Source: Candidatus Omnitrophota bacterium
Lineage (GTDB): Bacteria > Omnitrophota > Gorgyraeia > Gygaellales > Profunditerraquicolaceae
DNA: 60,059 bases
Direction: 5' to 3'
Assembly: GCA_050012075.1 (NCBI GenBank)
Contig: JBEKHW010000005.1
Coordinates: forward strand, 1-60,059
Shown here: one piece after another, positions 10,189 through 18,765 of the stretch
Layout of the letters: each line of letters begins with the position of its first letter
Numbering within the stretch: position 1 is the first letter of the stretch
Notes under the pieces: model-generated
What the model was told of the DNA's origin: nothing
The model's input: only the letters and a program-made list of their open reading frames with translations
Database searches by the model: none
Made by a program: the position numbers and the translations under genes

Positions 10189-12264
10189 ATGAAAGAATTT
10201 CTTATGGGTCAATTCGACTACATTTATTTCTTCTACGGGTTCTCTTTCTTTCTTCTCGCGCTTATTTGTTTTACGCTCGATAAAGAGAAACGAAGCAAAT
10301 TCCCCTGGGTTTTATTAGGATTATTCGGGCTAATCCACAGTTTTGCCGAATGGTCTGATATGATTATGATTATCGAGGGGAAAAACTGTCTCATGTCGAT
10401 ATTTAACCTCTCTGCGTTAACCATTTCTTTCCTGTGCCTGTTTGAATTTGCAAGGGTAGGCCTATTCCGCGTTAAAGGAAAAAGAATAAGCAAATGGGTA
10501 TATCTATTTCTCCTGCCATTGTTTTATCTAGCCTCCAGGCTTCCGCTGGATGGATGGTTCATAATGTCGCGGTATTTCATAGGGTTTCCGGCCGGATATT
10601 TGGCTGCCCGCGTTATATACGAATTCTCAAAAAAAGAAGACAGGCGCCCGCTTATAGTGCTTAGTATTATGATCGGTTTATATGCGGCATGCACCGGTTT
10701 AATCGTTCCCAAGGCCGACTTTATACCCGCGAGCATAATAAATTTTGAATCTTTTCATGATCTCTTCGGCATCCCTGTCCAGTTAATCCGCGCGATACTA
10801 GCCCTATGCGCGGCTTTATCAATCTGGTTTTACGCGTCAATGCCTTCTCAGACGGAATATAAACCTCCGATACGCCCCATACGCTTTATGCCGACCAAGT
10901 GGACGATCGCGTTCACATTGATAGTTTTTATCAGCGCCGGATGGGTATTTACCAATTTATTCGACTATGCTGCCATGATGCGGCTGATAAAAGAAAACCC
11001 CTCTCCGAACAGCTCGCCCGTTGATAAATTGACTGAAGAGCTTGACGTGCTGGAAAAGGCGGCTCTCTCCGTAAGCCAAACCCCTCTAATAATAAATGCG
11101 CTTTCTTCCGGTCAGCCTGAGAATATGCAGCAGCTGAATGCGGCTTTAGAGGATTACAAAATAAAGTACGGGGCATTAAATTGCGCGCTTATAGATAAGC
11201 GCGGGTTAGCTATCGCCTCTGTTGGGCATAGCGGATCTGAGATTGAAACGGGAAAATCTTATGCCTCAAGGAACTATTTCAAGGACGCCTTATCAGGTGA
11301 ATACGGATATGGGTTTAGCCTTCAGCCGAAATACAATGACCGCATATACTATGTCGGCTATCCGGTAAAGAATAACGCAGGCAGGATTTTAGGGGCAGCG
11401 GTCATTGCGCAGAGCCTCCATTTTGAACCCACGTTTCAATACCGCCTCTTTAGCATAGCGATAACCTTCCTTATCTCTTGCCTTGCCATAATATTTTTTA
11501 TCGCCTTAAGGAAAAGAGAGGCCTTTATTGTCTTTATTAGAAAGGTGCACGCCCAATTAGAGGAAGTCGACAGGATGAAAACAGATTTCATTTCTGTGAT
11601 TTCACATGAGTTGCGCACGCCGCTGACTGCGATCAGGAATGCCGCCAGCATCCTGATAAGAGGCGGGCCGGCAAGGCGTAAGCTTGATGAGCGGGAAAAA
11701 GAATTGCTTGAAATAATTACCAATAATGTGGACCGCCAGACCAGGATGATCAGCGACCTCCTGGACATATCAAAGATAGAAGCCGGCGTTATGCCGGTAT
11801 CTTTCAGCTCTACGGATATAACCGTGCTTATCAAAGACGTGGTTACCTCTTTACAGACGCTAGCCGATGAGAAAAAGATAAATATAGCGCTGGCTTTAGA
11901 AGCATACGATAAAACAGTGTTTGCCGACCCTGAACTTGTAAGGCGTATCCTGAATAACCTGATTATCAATGCGATTAATTTTACGCCTGAGAACGGAAAA
12001 ATAACTGTAAGGACAGAAGATGCCGGCAAGGAATTAAAGATTACCGTTTCAGATACCGGCATAGGCATATCCGCGGCTAACCAGAAAAATTTATTCAAGA
12101 AATTTTGCCGGATACCGGGCCTGGCGAGCCAGCAAAATAAAGGCTGTGGCCTGGGGCTCGCAATAACCAAGGGCTTGGTAGAAGCCCAGAAAGGAAGAAT
12201 CTGGCTGGATTCAGAACCCGAAAAAGGAAGCTCTTTTTACTTTACGCTTCCTAGGCCAGAGTAA
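10189..12264 (+). CDS. membrane sensor histidine kinase
   Basis: Multi-TM N-terminus and a periplasmic-type sensor segment. H-box SHELRTPLT; N and G boxes (NLIINAINFT, DTGIGI, GLGLAI). Confidence 0.9.
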   Translation: MKEFLMGQFDYIYFFYGFSFFLLALICFTLDKEKRSKFPWVLLGLFGLIHSFAEWSDMIMIIEGKNCLMSIFNLSALTISFLCLFEFARVGLFRVKGKRISKWVYLFLLPLFYLASRLPLDGWFIMSRYFIGFPAGYLAARVIYEFSKKEDRRPLIVLSIMIGLYAACTGLIVPKADFIPASIINFESFHDLFGIPVQLIRAILALCAALSIWFYASMPSQTEYKPPIRPIRFMPTKWTIAFTLIVFISAGWVFTNLFDYAAMMRLIKENPSPNSSPVDKLTEELDVLEKAALSVSQTPLIINALSSGQPENMQQLNAALEDYKIKYGALNCALIDKRGLAIASVGHSGSEIETGKSYASRNYFKDALSGEYGYGFSLQPKYNDRIYYVGYPVKNNAGRILGAAVIAQSLHFEPTFQYRLFSIAITFLISCLAIIFFIALRKREAFIVFIRKVHAQLEEVDRMKTDFISVISHELRTPLTAIRNAASILIRGGPARRKLDEREKELLEIITNNVDRQTRMISDLLDISKIEAGVMPVSFSSTDITVLIKDVVTSLQTLADEKKINIALALEAYDKTVFADPELVRRILNNLIINAINFTPENGKITVRTEDAGKELKITVSDTGIGISAANQKNLFKKFCRIPGLASQQNKGCGLGLAITKGLVEAQKGRIWLDSEPEKGSSFYFTLPRPE

Positions 12265-12271
12265 AATAACA

Positions 12272-12664
12272 ATGAAGAAAAAAATTCTGGTAGTAGATGA
12301 TGAGCCGGATATCGTAAGGACCATTTCGATAATGCTTGAAATGGAAGATTACGAAGTAATAACGGCTGGAAGCGGCGAAGACGCCTTAAAACAGATGCGC
12401 GTTAATACGCCTGACCTTCTCCTCTTAGACGTAATATTGCCGGGGATAAACGGCAAGGAAGTGGCAGCTATATTAAAAAAAGACACCCGCTACCAAAAGG
12501 TGCCGATTATCATTATTACCGCTCAAACGCAAAAAAGCGATCTGGCCACCCTGGAAGAATCAGGCGCCGACTTTTATATGACAAAACCATTCGATTCATC
12601 TGTGCTTAAGGATAAAATAGAAAAACTGCTTAACAGGCAAAATAAGGCAGAACAGGAGGGTTAA
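12272..12664 (+). CDS. single-domain response regulator (REC)
   Basis: KILVVDDEPD, phospho-acceptor context LLLLDVILPG, T/K positions (ITAQ, MTKPF). Confidence 0.9.
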   Translation: MKKKILVVDDEPDIVRTISIMLEMEDYEVITAGSGEDALKQMRVNTPDLLLLDVILPGINGKEVAAILKKDTRYQKVPIIIITAQTQKSDLATLEESGADFYMTKPFDSSVLKDKIEKLLNRQNKAEQEG

Positions 12665-12667
12665 AAT

Positions 12668-13036
12668 ATGCCCAAGAAAATATTGATAGTAGACGACGAG
12701 CCGGATATATTCAGGGGCCTGGATTATTTATTTACGGAAGAGGGTTACGATGTGATAGGCGCATCTAGCGGCAAGGAGGCCTTAAAAAAGGCGCGCGAGG
12801 AAAAGCCGGAGCTGGCACTGTTGGATACAAAATTGTCGGATGATATGGATGGCATCGAGCTCTGTCGCCAGATTAAACAGGTGGAGAAATTGCCTACCAA
12901 GGTGATTGTCTATACCGGTAAAATAGACGCCATTGACGCGGTAAGAGCCAGGGAAAATGGGGCAGATGATTATTACGTAAAAGGAAGCAGCGTTGAAGGC
13001 TTGCTTGAGGCGGTCCGCAAACTTATCGGGGCCTGA
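12668..13036 (+). CDS. single-domain response regulator (REC)
   Basis: KILIVDDEPD...LALLDTKL...VKGS. REC fold with a slightly divergent conserved-Lys region. Confidence 0.85.
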   Translation: MPKKILIVDDEPDIFRGLDYLFTEEGYDVIGASSGKEALKKAREEKPELALLDTKLSDDMDGIELCRQIKQVEKLPTKVIVYTGKIDAIDAVRARENGADDYYVKGSSVEGLLEAVRKLIGA

Positions 13037-13044
13037 AGACGAAA

Positions 13045-14751
13045 ATGAAGAAAAACAAGACAGGCAATGAAACTGGCTCTGTAAGAAACGAGATGCCTGA
13101 GAGCGCCGGACAACTACACGCGCTAATCGAAGCCATGCCCGCAGGCATTACTTTAAGCGATATAGCGGGACATTTTGAATTCTTTAATTCCAGAATGCGC
13201 GAGATTTCCGGCTACAGCATTGATGAAGCAAATCGCTCGAGCGATTTTACCGCTCTCATATATCCTGACCCTGATAAACATACGGAGGCGCTCCAGAGAT
13301 TAGATGCGGTTAAAGAAAAAGGCAAGGCCGAGGAAATCGAAACTGCTATCAGGGCAAAAGACGGCTCCCAGAAGACGCTTCTTGTTTCAAGCATCATCAT
13401 TAAATACAAAAATCAGGATATGTTCCTGACCGTATACCGCGATATTACCCAGCGCAAAGCCCAGGAGGAAGAACTAAAGAAAGCCAAAGAGAAATTGGAA
13501 ACCCAGGCCTGGGGGCTGCAAAAGGCAAATGAGGGGATCAAACTATTATACAAAGAACGGGACGATTTATTAAACACCTTAAAAGACCTCAGTTTAAAAG
13601 ATGCCAATACGGAACTTTATAATTACAGATACCTCATGGAAAGAATGAAATCTGAACTTGAAAGGGCTAAGCGATATGTCTTCCCCCTCTCCCTTATCAT
13701 GCTGGATATAGATTATTTCAAGTCCATTAACGAGGTATATGGACATCAATACGGAGATGTAATATTAAAAGAGCTCGCCAGGTATCTAAAAAGTTTTGTC
13801 AGGGAGATTGATATAGTTGCCAGGTACGGCGGTGAAGAGTTTGTCATCCTCCTACCTGATACTAATAAAGAAGGCGCCGTCATATTGGCAAGGCGGCTGC
13901 TGGAGGAATTGACGGGGCATCTGTTTGACCCTGGAGGCAGGAATATAAAACTTAAAATAAGCATGGGAGTATCAAGCTTCCCGGAAGACGGCAGGGATAC
14001 CGGCACAGAATCAGGGCTTCTGGAGCTGGCTGATAAGGCGTTGCTCAACGCGAAAGAAACGGGTGGAAACAGGCTGTCTCTTTCCGAAAGTATAGCCGCG
14101 GGTATACAAAAGATTAAGGAAAAAGGAACGGAAAAGAACATAGCTGAAGTAAGGGAAAAACTTTCTAAAATGGCAAACCGCGTAGACCATGCGCTGCTGG
14201 AATCCATTTATGCCTTTGCCAAGACGATAGAAGCCAAAGACCTGTATACTTACGAGCATGCTGAAAATACGGTTTCCATAGTTGCCGCTATCGGAGGAAA
14301 GCTTAATCTTCCCGGCAAGCTGATAGAGAACCTGAAACACGCCGCAGTTATACACGACCTGGGGAAAATCGGCATCCCCGATGATATTTTACAAAAAAAA
14401 GGAAAGATTACCGAGCAAGAATACGATATAATAAAAAAACATCCTCAGATTGGAGCCGAAATTATAAGGCCCATTCATTTTCTCGGTGATTTAATCCCTA
14501 TAATCCTTTATCATCATGAAAGGTTTGATGGGCTGGGCTATTCCACGGGTTTAAAAGGCAAGGAAATACCCATCGGTGCGCGGGTTATAGCTATAGCTGA
14601 CGTATACCAGGCGCTGGTTGCGGATAGGCCCTACCGGAATGCCTACAGTAAAGAAGAAGCGCTGACGATAGTAAAAGCCGGCTCCGGCACGCAATTTGAC
14701 CCGGAAATAGTAGAGGCATTTATAGAGACAATGAACGGCAGCGACAAATAA
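13045..14751 (+). CDS. PAS-GGDEF-HD-GYP c-di-GMP turnover protein
   Basis: PAS segment, intact RYGGEEF active site, then HD-GYP motifs (HDLGKIGIPD, HHERFDGLGY). Confidence 0.9.
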   Translation: MKKNKTGNETGSVRNEMPESAGQLHALIEAMPAGITLSDIAGHFEFFNSRMREISGYSIDEANRSSDFTALIYPDPDKHTEALQRLDAVKEKGKAEEIETAIRAKDGSQKTLLVSSIIIKYKNQDMFLTVYRDITQRKAQEEELKKAKEKLETQAWGLQKANEGIKLLYKERDDLLNTLKDLSLKDANTELYNYRYLMERMKSELERAKRYVFPLSLIMLDIDYFKSINEVYGHQYGDVILKELARYLKSFVREIDIVARYGGEEFVILLPDTNKEGAVILARRLLEELTGHLFDPGGRNIKLKISMGVSSFPEDGRDTGTESGLLELADKALLNAKETGGNRLSLSESIAAGIQKIKEKGTEKNIAEVREKLSKMANRVDHALLESIYAFAKTIEAKDLYTYEHAENTVSIVAAIGGKLNLPGKLIENLKHAAVIHDLGKIGIPDDILQKKGKITEQEYDIIKKHPQIGAEIIRPIHFLGDLIPIILYHHERFDGLGYSTGLKGKEIPIGARVIAIADVYQALVADRPYRNAYSKEEALTIVKAGSGTQFDPEIVEAFIETMNGSDK

Positions 14752-14754
14752 ATC

Positions 14755-15126
14755 ATGCGGAAAAATAAAAGAATACTGGTCATAGAGGATGATAAAGATA
14801 TAAGAAGGACCCTTGAATTACGCTTAGAGATGGAAGGATATGAAGTCATCACTGCATCGGAGGGTAAAGACGGGCTTGATAAAGCACGAATGTCGCAAGC
14901 GGCCCTTATCATACTTGATTTGATGCTGCCCGGACTGCCGGGAGAAGAAATCTGCAGGGAATTACGAAAAGAAGAAAAATATGAAAGATTGCCGATTATT
15001 ATGCTTACCGCAAAAGATACGGATGTTGATATGGTAATAGGCAGGGTAATCGGGGCTAACTATTACATCGGCAAGCCCTTTGATATGGAAGGCCTTCTGG
15101 AAAAAATCCGCTCACTGCTTAAATAA
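14755..15126 (+). CDS. single-domain response regulator (REC)
   Basis: RILVIEDDKD...LIILDLMLPG...LTAK...GKPF. Confidence 0.9.
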   Translation: MRKNKRILVIEDDKDIRRTLELRLEMEGYEVITASEGKDGLDKARMSQAALIILDLMLPGLPGEEICRELRKEEKYERLPIIMLTAKDTDVDMVIGRVIGANYYIGKPFDMEGLLEKIRSLLK

Positions 15127-15147
15127 ATAGGAACTTGTAAGATTCTA

Positions 15148-15552
15148 TTATACTGGAGGAATGGGCCTGTCTTCACCGACAGGAGGGTTTTGGTTATAGG
15201 AAGCTACCATCTTCTTAATTTCTTCCTTGTCTTCCGGAGAAATATCGGTGAACTTGACACCGATATCGAATCGCTGCTTGCCTCTCTCACTAGGGACATC
15301 AAAACCTTTGGACCAGACAACCTCGCCCGTGGCCTTAACTATTTTTCCAGACGGCAGTTCAATATTTAAAGTCAACAACTCCCCTTCTTCAAGCTGCCTG
15401 CACCCTATCATGCACAAGCCGCCTTCTGATATGTTCTTTGTAACATTGACATAGTCCTTATATACGGCATAATCCTCGGGAATGACCTTTACCCAAGATA
15501 CCCCGATGCCTATGTCAACCCTGGGAAATTGTCTTCTTTCGTTAATACCCAT
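15148..15552 (-). CDS. PilZ domain protein
   Basis: RRQFPR (RxxxR) and NISEGG (D/NxSxxG) motifs at the spacing expected for PilZ. Confidence 0.8.
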   Translation of the reverse strand: MGINERRQFPRVDIGIGVSWVKVIPEDYAVYKDYVNVTKNISEGGLCMIGCRQLEEGELLTLNIELPSGKIVKATGEVVWSKGFDVPSERGKQRFDIGVKFTDISPEDKEEIKKMVASYNQNPPVGEDRPIPPV

Positions 15553-15679
15553 AATCCTCTAAGTATTTATATAGTAGACTAACCGAATGCTATCATAAAA
15601 TAAGAAGAAAATCAACTCAAAAATTAACCTGCTTTCCTCTTGACTGCGAACTTATTTAAGGTAAAATATTCCCTACAAT

Positions 15680-15986
15680 TCCCCCTTAGCTCAGTCGGTA
15701 GAGCGAGTGGCTGTGCGAGCCCGCCAAAGGCGGGCGAGCAAAAATGCTCAAAGCGCAGCTTCTGCGGGAAACCGTAGTTGAAACTGCAGGAGAATTGCTG
15801 GAAGCCCTGGATTCAGGGTAATCAGCAGCCGAGCCCGCCAAAGATTTAATGACGGGAAGGTTCAGAGACTATGCACCTGCTGCCTAAAAGTGAAAACTCA
15901 CGGCAAAGATATAGTCCGCGTCCGGAAGTAATTCCGGGTCACGTGTAACCACCAGGTCCGAGGTTCGAGTCCTCGAGGGGGAGCCA
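15680..15986 (+). tRNA. tRNA-Asn(GUU) interrupted by a 231-nt group I intron; mature length 76 nt including the encoded CCA
   Basis: Acceptor TCCCCCT/AGGGGGA, G73, CCA. D arm GCTC-AGTCGGTA-GAGC. T arm CGAGG-TTCGAGT-CCTCG. Anticodon stem AGTGG/CCACC. Joining exon 1 (15680-15714) to exon 2 (15946-15986) gives the loop CT-GTT-AA. The alternative junction (CT/TGTAA, Thr) is less consistent with P1 pairing and with the U1/G73 identity elements. Confidence 0.8.
15715..15945 (+). ncRNA. group I (self-splicing type) intron with no ORF
   Basis: GGTTCAGAGACTA (15859-15871) and AAGATATAGTCC (15906-15917) match the conserved P7/P3' and P7' elements of group I introns. P2 is CTGCGG-GAAA-CCGTAG; P3 GCAGG/CCTGC; P5 CCCTG-GATT-CAGGG; P6 CCCG/CGGG; P9 CCGGAA-GTAA-TTCCGG. 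The exon end GGCTGT pairs with GCAGCT (15755-15760), giving a U.G at the 5' splice site. The last intron nucleotide is G. Confidence 0.8.
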
Positions 15987-16023
15987 GTATCCGTAACTTA
16001 TTGTAGATAAATAAGTTACATAA

Positions 16024-16060
16024 AGAGAGTCTGTCGATATATGATGGACTCTCTTTTTAT
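16024..16060 (+). terminator. rho-independent terminator downstream of tRNA-Asn
   Basis: AGAGAGTC...GACTCTCT stem followed by TTTTTATTT. Confidence 0.6.
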
Positions 16061-16112
16061 TTGACATATTCGGATTGTTTGATAAAATAGTTATGAACCG
16101 TTGTTCATAACT
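16061..16112 (+). promoter_or_regulatory. sigma70-type promoter plus 10-bp perfect inverted-repeat operator ahead of the DUF134 operon
   Basis: TTGACA (16061-66), 16-nt spacer, TAAAAT (16083-88), immediately followed by AGTTATGAAC-cgtt-GTTCATAACT (16089-16112). Confidence 0.6.
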
Positions 16113-16125
16113 ATGGAGCCTATTT

Positions 16126-16428
16126 ATGAGACCTAAAAAGACGAGATGGGTAAAATGTGTTCCGGGTGAGAGGTGTTTTAAGCCGCTGTGTAAGCCGATG
16201 AGTAAATGCGAAGGTGTTTATTTGTCTCTTGATGAATTTGAGGCTGTTCGTCTTGCTTGTCTTGAAAAGTTAAAGCAAATCGATGCCGCAAAACTTATGA
16301 AGATATCACATCCGACTTTCTCGCGGATTTTAACCTCGGCTCAACGAAAGATAGCTGATGGTTTGGTGAATATTAAAGCTATTAGAATTGAAGGTGGCTG
16401 TTGTGAAATTATTAAGAAAAGAAAATGA
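16126..16428 (+). CDS. DUF134 family putative DNA-binding protein
   Basis: RPKKTRWV...FKP...LSLDEFEAVRL...HPTFSRILTSAQRKIADGLVNIKAIRIEGG is the DUF134 pattern as I recall it. Confidence 0.75.
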   Translation: MRPKKTRWVKCVPGERCFKPLCKPMSKCEGVYLSLDEFEAVRLACLEKLKQIDAAKLMKISHPTFSRILTSAQRKIADGLVNIKAIRIEGGCCEIIKKRK

Positions 16429-16438
16429 AGGATGAGTC

Positions 16439-17389
16439 ATGATTAAACCGATTATTGATTGGTTGGTATATGATATTTTTAAGATGAGGCAAGGGGCCCT
16501 TTTTTCCGAAGCCCTGAATTTCTTTCTTTACGACACGGTTAAAATCTTCTTCTTATTGACCGTTATTATCTTTGTCGTTGCCATCATAAGGACGTTTTTC
16601 TCACCTGAGAAAACCCGAGCGATTTTAAGCCATAAGCAAGGTTATTGGGGCAATGTACTTGCAGCGCTTTTAGGAATCTTGACGCCTTTTTGCTCATGTA
16701 GTGCGGTTCCCTTATTCTTGGGTTTTTTAGACGCAGGGGTTCCATTGGGAGTGACGTTTTCATTTTTAGTTGCATCACCCATGATTAATGAAGTGGCGCT
16801 GGTTATGTTGTGGGGGCTTTTTGGTTGGAAGATATCTTTTATTTATATTGGGAGCGGACTTGCTATAGCTATTTTTTCGGGGATAGTGATTGGCAGACTT
16901 AAAGTTGAAGAGTTGGTTGAACATTTCGGTCATAAAGAGCAGTCGTGCTGTGCTAAATCATCCAGCATGACATTTGACGATAGGTTCGCTTATGCCAAAG
17001 AGTATACGAGGGATATCTTAAAAAGAATATGGCTGTTTGTTATTCTTGGCATCGGTTTAGGGGCGTGGATTCATGGTTACGTCCCGGCGGATTTTCTTGC
17101 AAAATATGCCGGTAAGGAAAATTGGTTTGCCGTGCCTTTGGTGACACTTATTGGTATTCCTCTTTACTCCAATGCAGCCGGAGTTATTCCTCTAATTAGC
17201 GCATTGACTGAGAAAGGCGTTGCTATGGGAACGGCACTTTCTTTTATGATGGCAGTAACCGCACTTTCTCTACCGGAGTTTATAATACTTCGAAAAGCTA
17301 TGAAGTTGAAGTTACTTATAATTTTTGCTTCGGTCGTGGGTATAGGTATTATATTTACAGGTTATCTGTTTAATCTCATTTTGAAATAA
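16439..17389 (+). CDS. permease with FCSCSAVP motif (PF03773-like, ArsP-type family)
   Basis: 316 aa, polytopic, with the characteristic TPFCSCSAVPLF motif. The family name is from memory. Confidence 0.75.
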   Translation: MIKPIIDWLVYDIFKMRQGALFSEALNFFLYDTVKIFFLLTVIIFVVAIIRTFFSPEKTRAILSHKQGYWGNVLAALLGILTPFCSCSAVPLFLGFLDAGVPLGVTFSFLVASPMINEVALVMLWGLFGWKISFIYIGSGLAIAIFSGIVIGRLKVEELVEHFGHKEQSCCAKSSSMTFDDRFAYAKEYTRDILKRIWLFVILGIGLGAWIHGYVPADFLAKYAGKENWFAVPLVTLIGIPLYSNAAGVIPLISALTEKGVAMGTALSFMMAVTALSLPEFIILRKAMKLKLLIIFASVVGIGIIFTGYLFNLILK

Positions 17390-17395
17390 GGAGAA

Positions 17396-17632
17396 ATGAT
17401 GAAGATAGAAATCATAGGAGTTGGTTGTTCGAAGTGTAAGCAGCTTACTGCCAATGCAGAGGCCGCAGTAAAAGAGCTTAATATAATCGCTGAGATATCC
17501 AAGGTGAGTGATATCGGGAAAATCGTCGAATACGGCGTGATGATGACTCCGGCATTGGCGGTAGATAGTGCTGTGGTATCGGTGGGCAAGGTATTGAGCA
17601 AGGAAGAAATAAAGAAAATCTTAATAAAATAA
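17396..17632 (+). CDS. small thioredoxin-fold protein (redox-active disulfide protein 2 / MTH895-like)
   Basis: 78 aa, MKIEIIGVGCSKC with a CxxC motif near the N-terminus. Commonly sits next to the CSCS permease. Confidence 0.75.
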   Translation: MMKIEIIGVGCSKCKQLTANAEAAVKELNIIAEISKVSDIGKIVEYGVMMTPALAVDSAVVSVGKVLSKEEIKKILIK

Positions 17633-17644
17633 CAGGAGGGAAAG

Positions 17645-18070
17645 TTGAAGAAGTTAATCGTAATACTTCTGACGGCGGTTGCAGTAATTAGCACAGGTTT
17701 TTCAGTCTTTGCCGCAGAGGATAAAACTTCGGGTAAGGTTATCGCCTATTATTTTCATGGAACAATGCGTTGTCCTACCTGCTATAAACTTGAGCAGTAT
17801 TCAAAGGAAGCGATAGAAACTAATTTTAAAGATGCACTCGCATCAGGAAAGCTTGAGTTTAAAGTAGTCAATGTAGAAGATAAAGGCAATGAGCACTATG
17901 GGAACGATTACCAGCTTTATACTAAATCGCTTATTTTGTCTTTGGTCAAAGATGGCAAGGAAATAAAATGGAAAAATATGGATAAGATTTGGGAGTATGT
18001 CGGCAATAAGCAGAGATTTATTGATTATGTAAAGAACGTGGTCGCTGATTTTTTGAAGGAAACCAAATGA
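17645..18070 (+). CDS. membrane-anchored or secreted thioredoxin-fold protein with a CPTC motif
   Basis: TTG start after GGAGGG. Signal/anchor sequence, then YYFHGTMRCPTCYKLEQ (CxxC). Confidence 0.6.
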   Translation: MKKLIVILLTAVAVISTGFSVFAAEDKTSGKVIAYYFHGTMRCPTCYKLEQYSKEAIETNFKDALASGKLEFKVVNVEDKGNEHYGNDYQLYTKSLILSLVKDGKEIKWKNMDKIWEYVGNKQRFIDYVKNVVADFLKETK

Positions 18071-18756
18071 CAGAGATATTTATAGGCTTTGCGTCTGCAT
18101 TGTGGCTGGGGATTTTGACGTCCATCAGCCCATGCCCTTTGGCAAGCAATGTGGCGGCTATTTCCTTTTTATCTAAGAAAATAACACATCCAGCGCTTGT
18201 GTTTATTTCAGGATTGGCGTATACGCTTGGCAGAATGTTTTCTTATGCGATTTTAGGATGGATTATTATTAGTTCTCTTCTAAGTGTTCCTCAAGTGGCC
18301 CAATTCCTGCAGAAATACATGGGTAAGGCTTTGGGGCCACTGCTCATTCTTACCGGGTTGGTTTTACTTGAGATAATTACTGTCCGTCTGCCGGGAATAT
18401 CGCTTTCACAAAAGCATCATAATAAACTTGCAGAGTCCGGAGCTCCGGGGGCCTTTTTGCTTGGTTTCATTTTTGCTCTGGCATTTTGCCCTATTTCTGC
18501 GGCGTTATACTTTGGGAGCCTTATTCCTTTAGCGATTAACAGTAAAAGCGGTATCGTCCTGCCATTCATTTATGGAATTGGTACAGGGTTGCCGGTTCTT
18601 GTATTTGCTGTTGCCATTGCGTTAGGCGTGACATCATTGAGCCGTTGGTTTCATAAAATCACACAGCTTGAATACTATACTCGAAAGATTACCGGAGCCG
18701 TATTTATCCTTGTTGGTTTGTACTATGCAGGAATATATATATTGAGATTATTTTAA
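18067..18756 (+). CDS. CcdA/DsbD-like transmembrane thiol:disulfide electron transporter
   Basis: Six TM helices with the paired motifs SISPCPLA and LAFCPISA, typical of the DsbD/CcdA superfamily. Confidence 0.7.
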   Translation: MTEIFIGFASALWLGILTSISPCPLASNVAAISFLSKKITHPALVFISGLAYTLGRMFSYAILGWIIISSLLSVPQVAQFLQKYMGKALGPLLILTGLVLLEIITVRLPGISLSQKHHNKLAESGAPGAFLLGFIFALAFCPISAALYFGSLIPLAINSKSGIVLPFIYGIGTGLPVLVFAVAIALGVTSLSRWFHKITQLEYYTRKITGAVFILVGLYYAGIYILRLF

Positions 18757-18765
18757 GGTGAGCAA

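Noticed and set aside
11436-12170. 244-aa minus-strand ORF
   Set aside because: It is antisense to the histidine kinase catalytic region and has no motifs.
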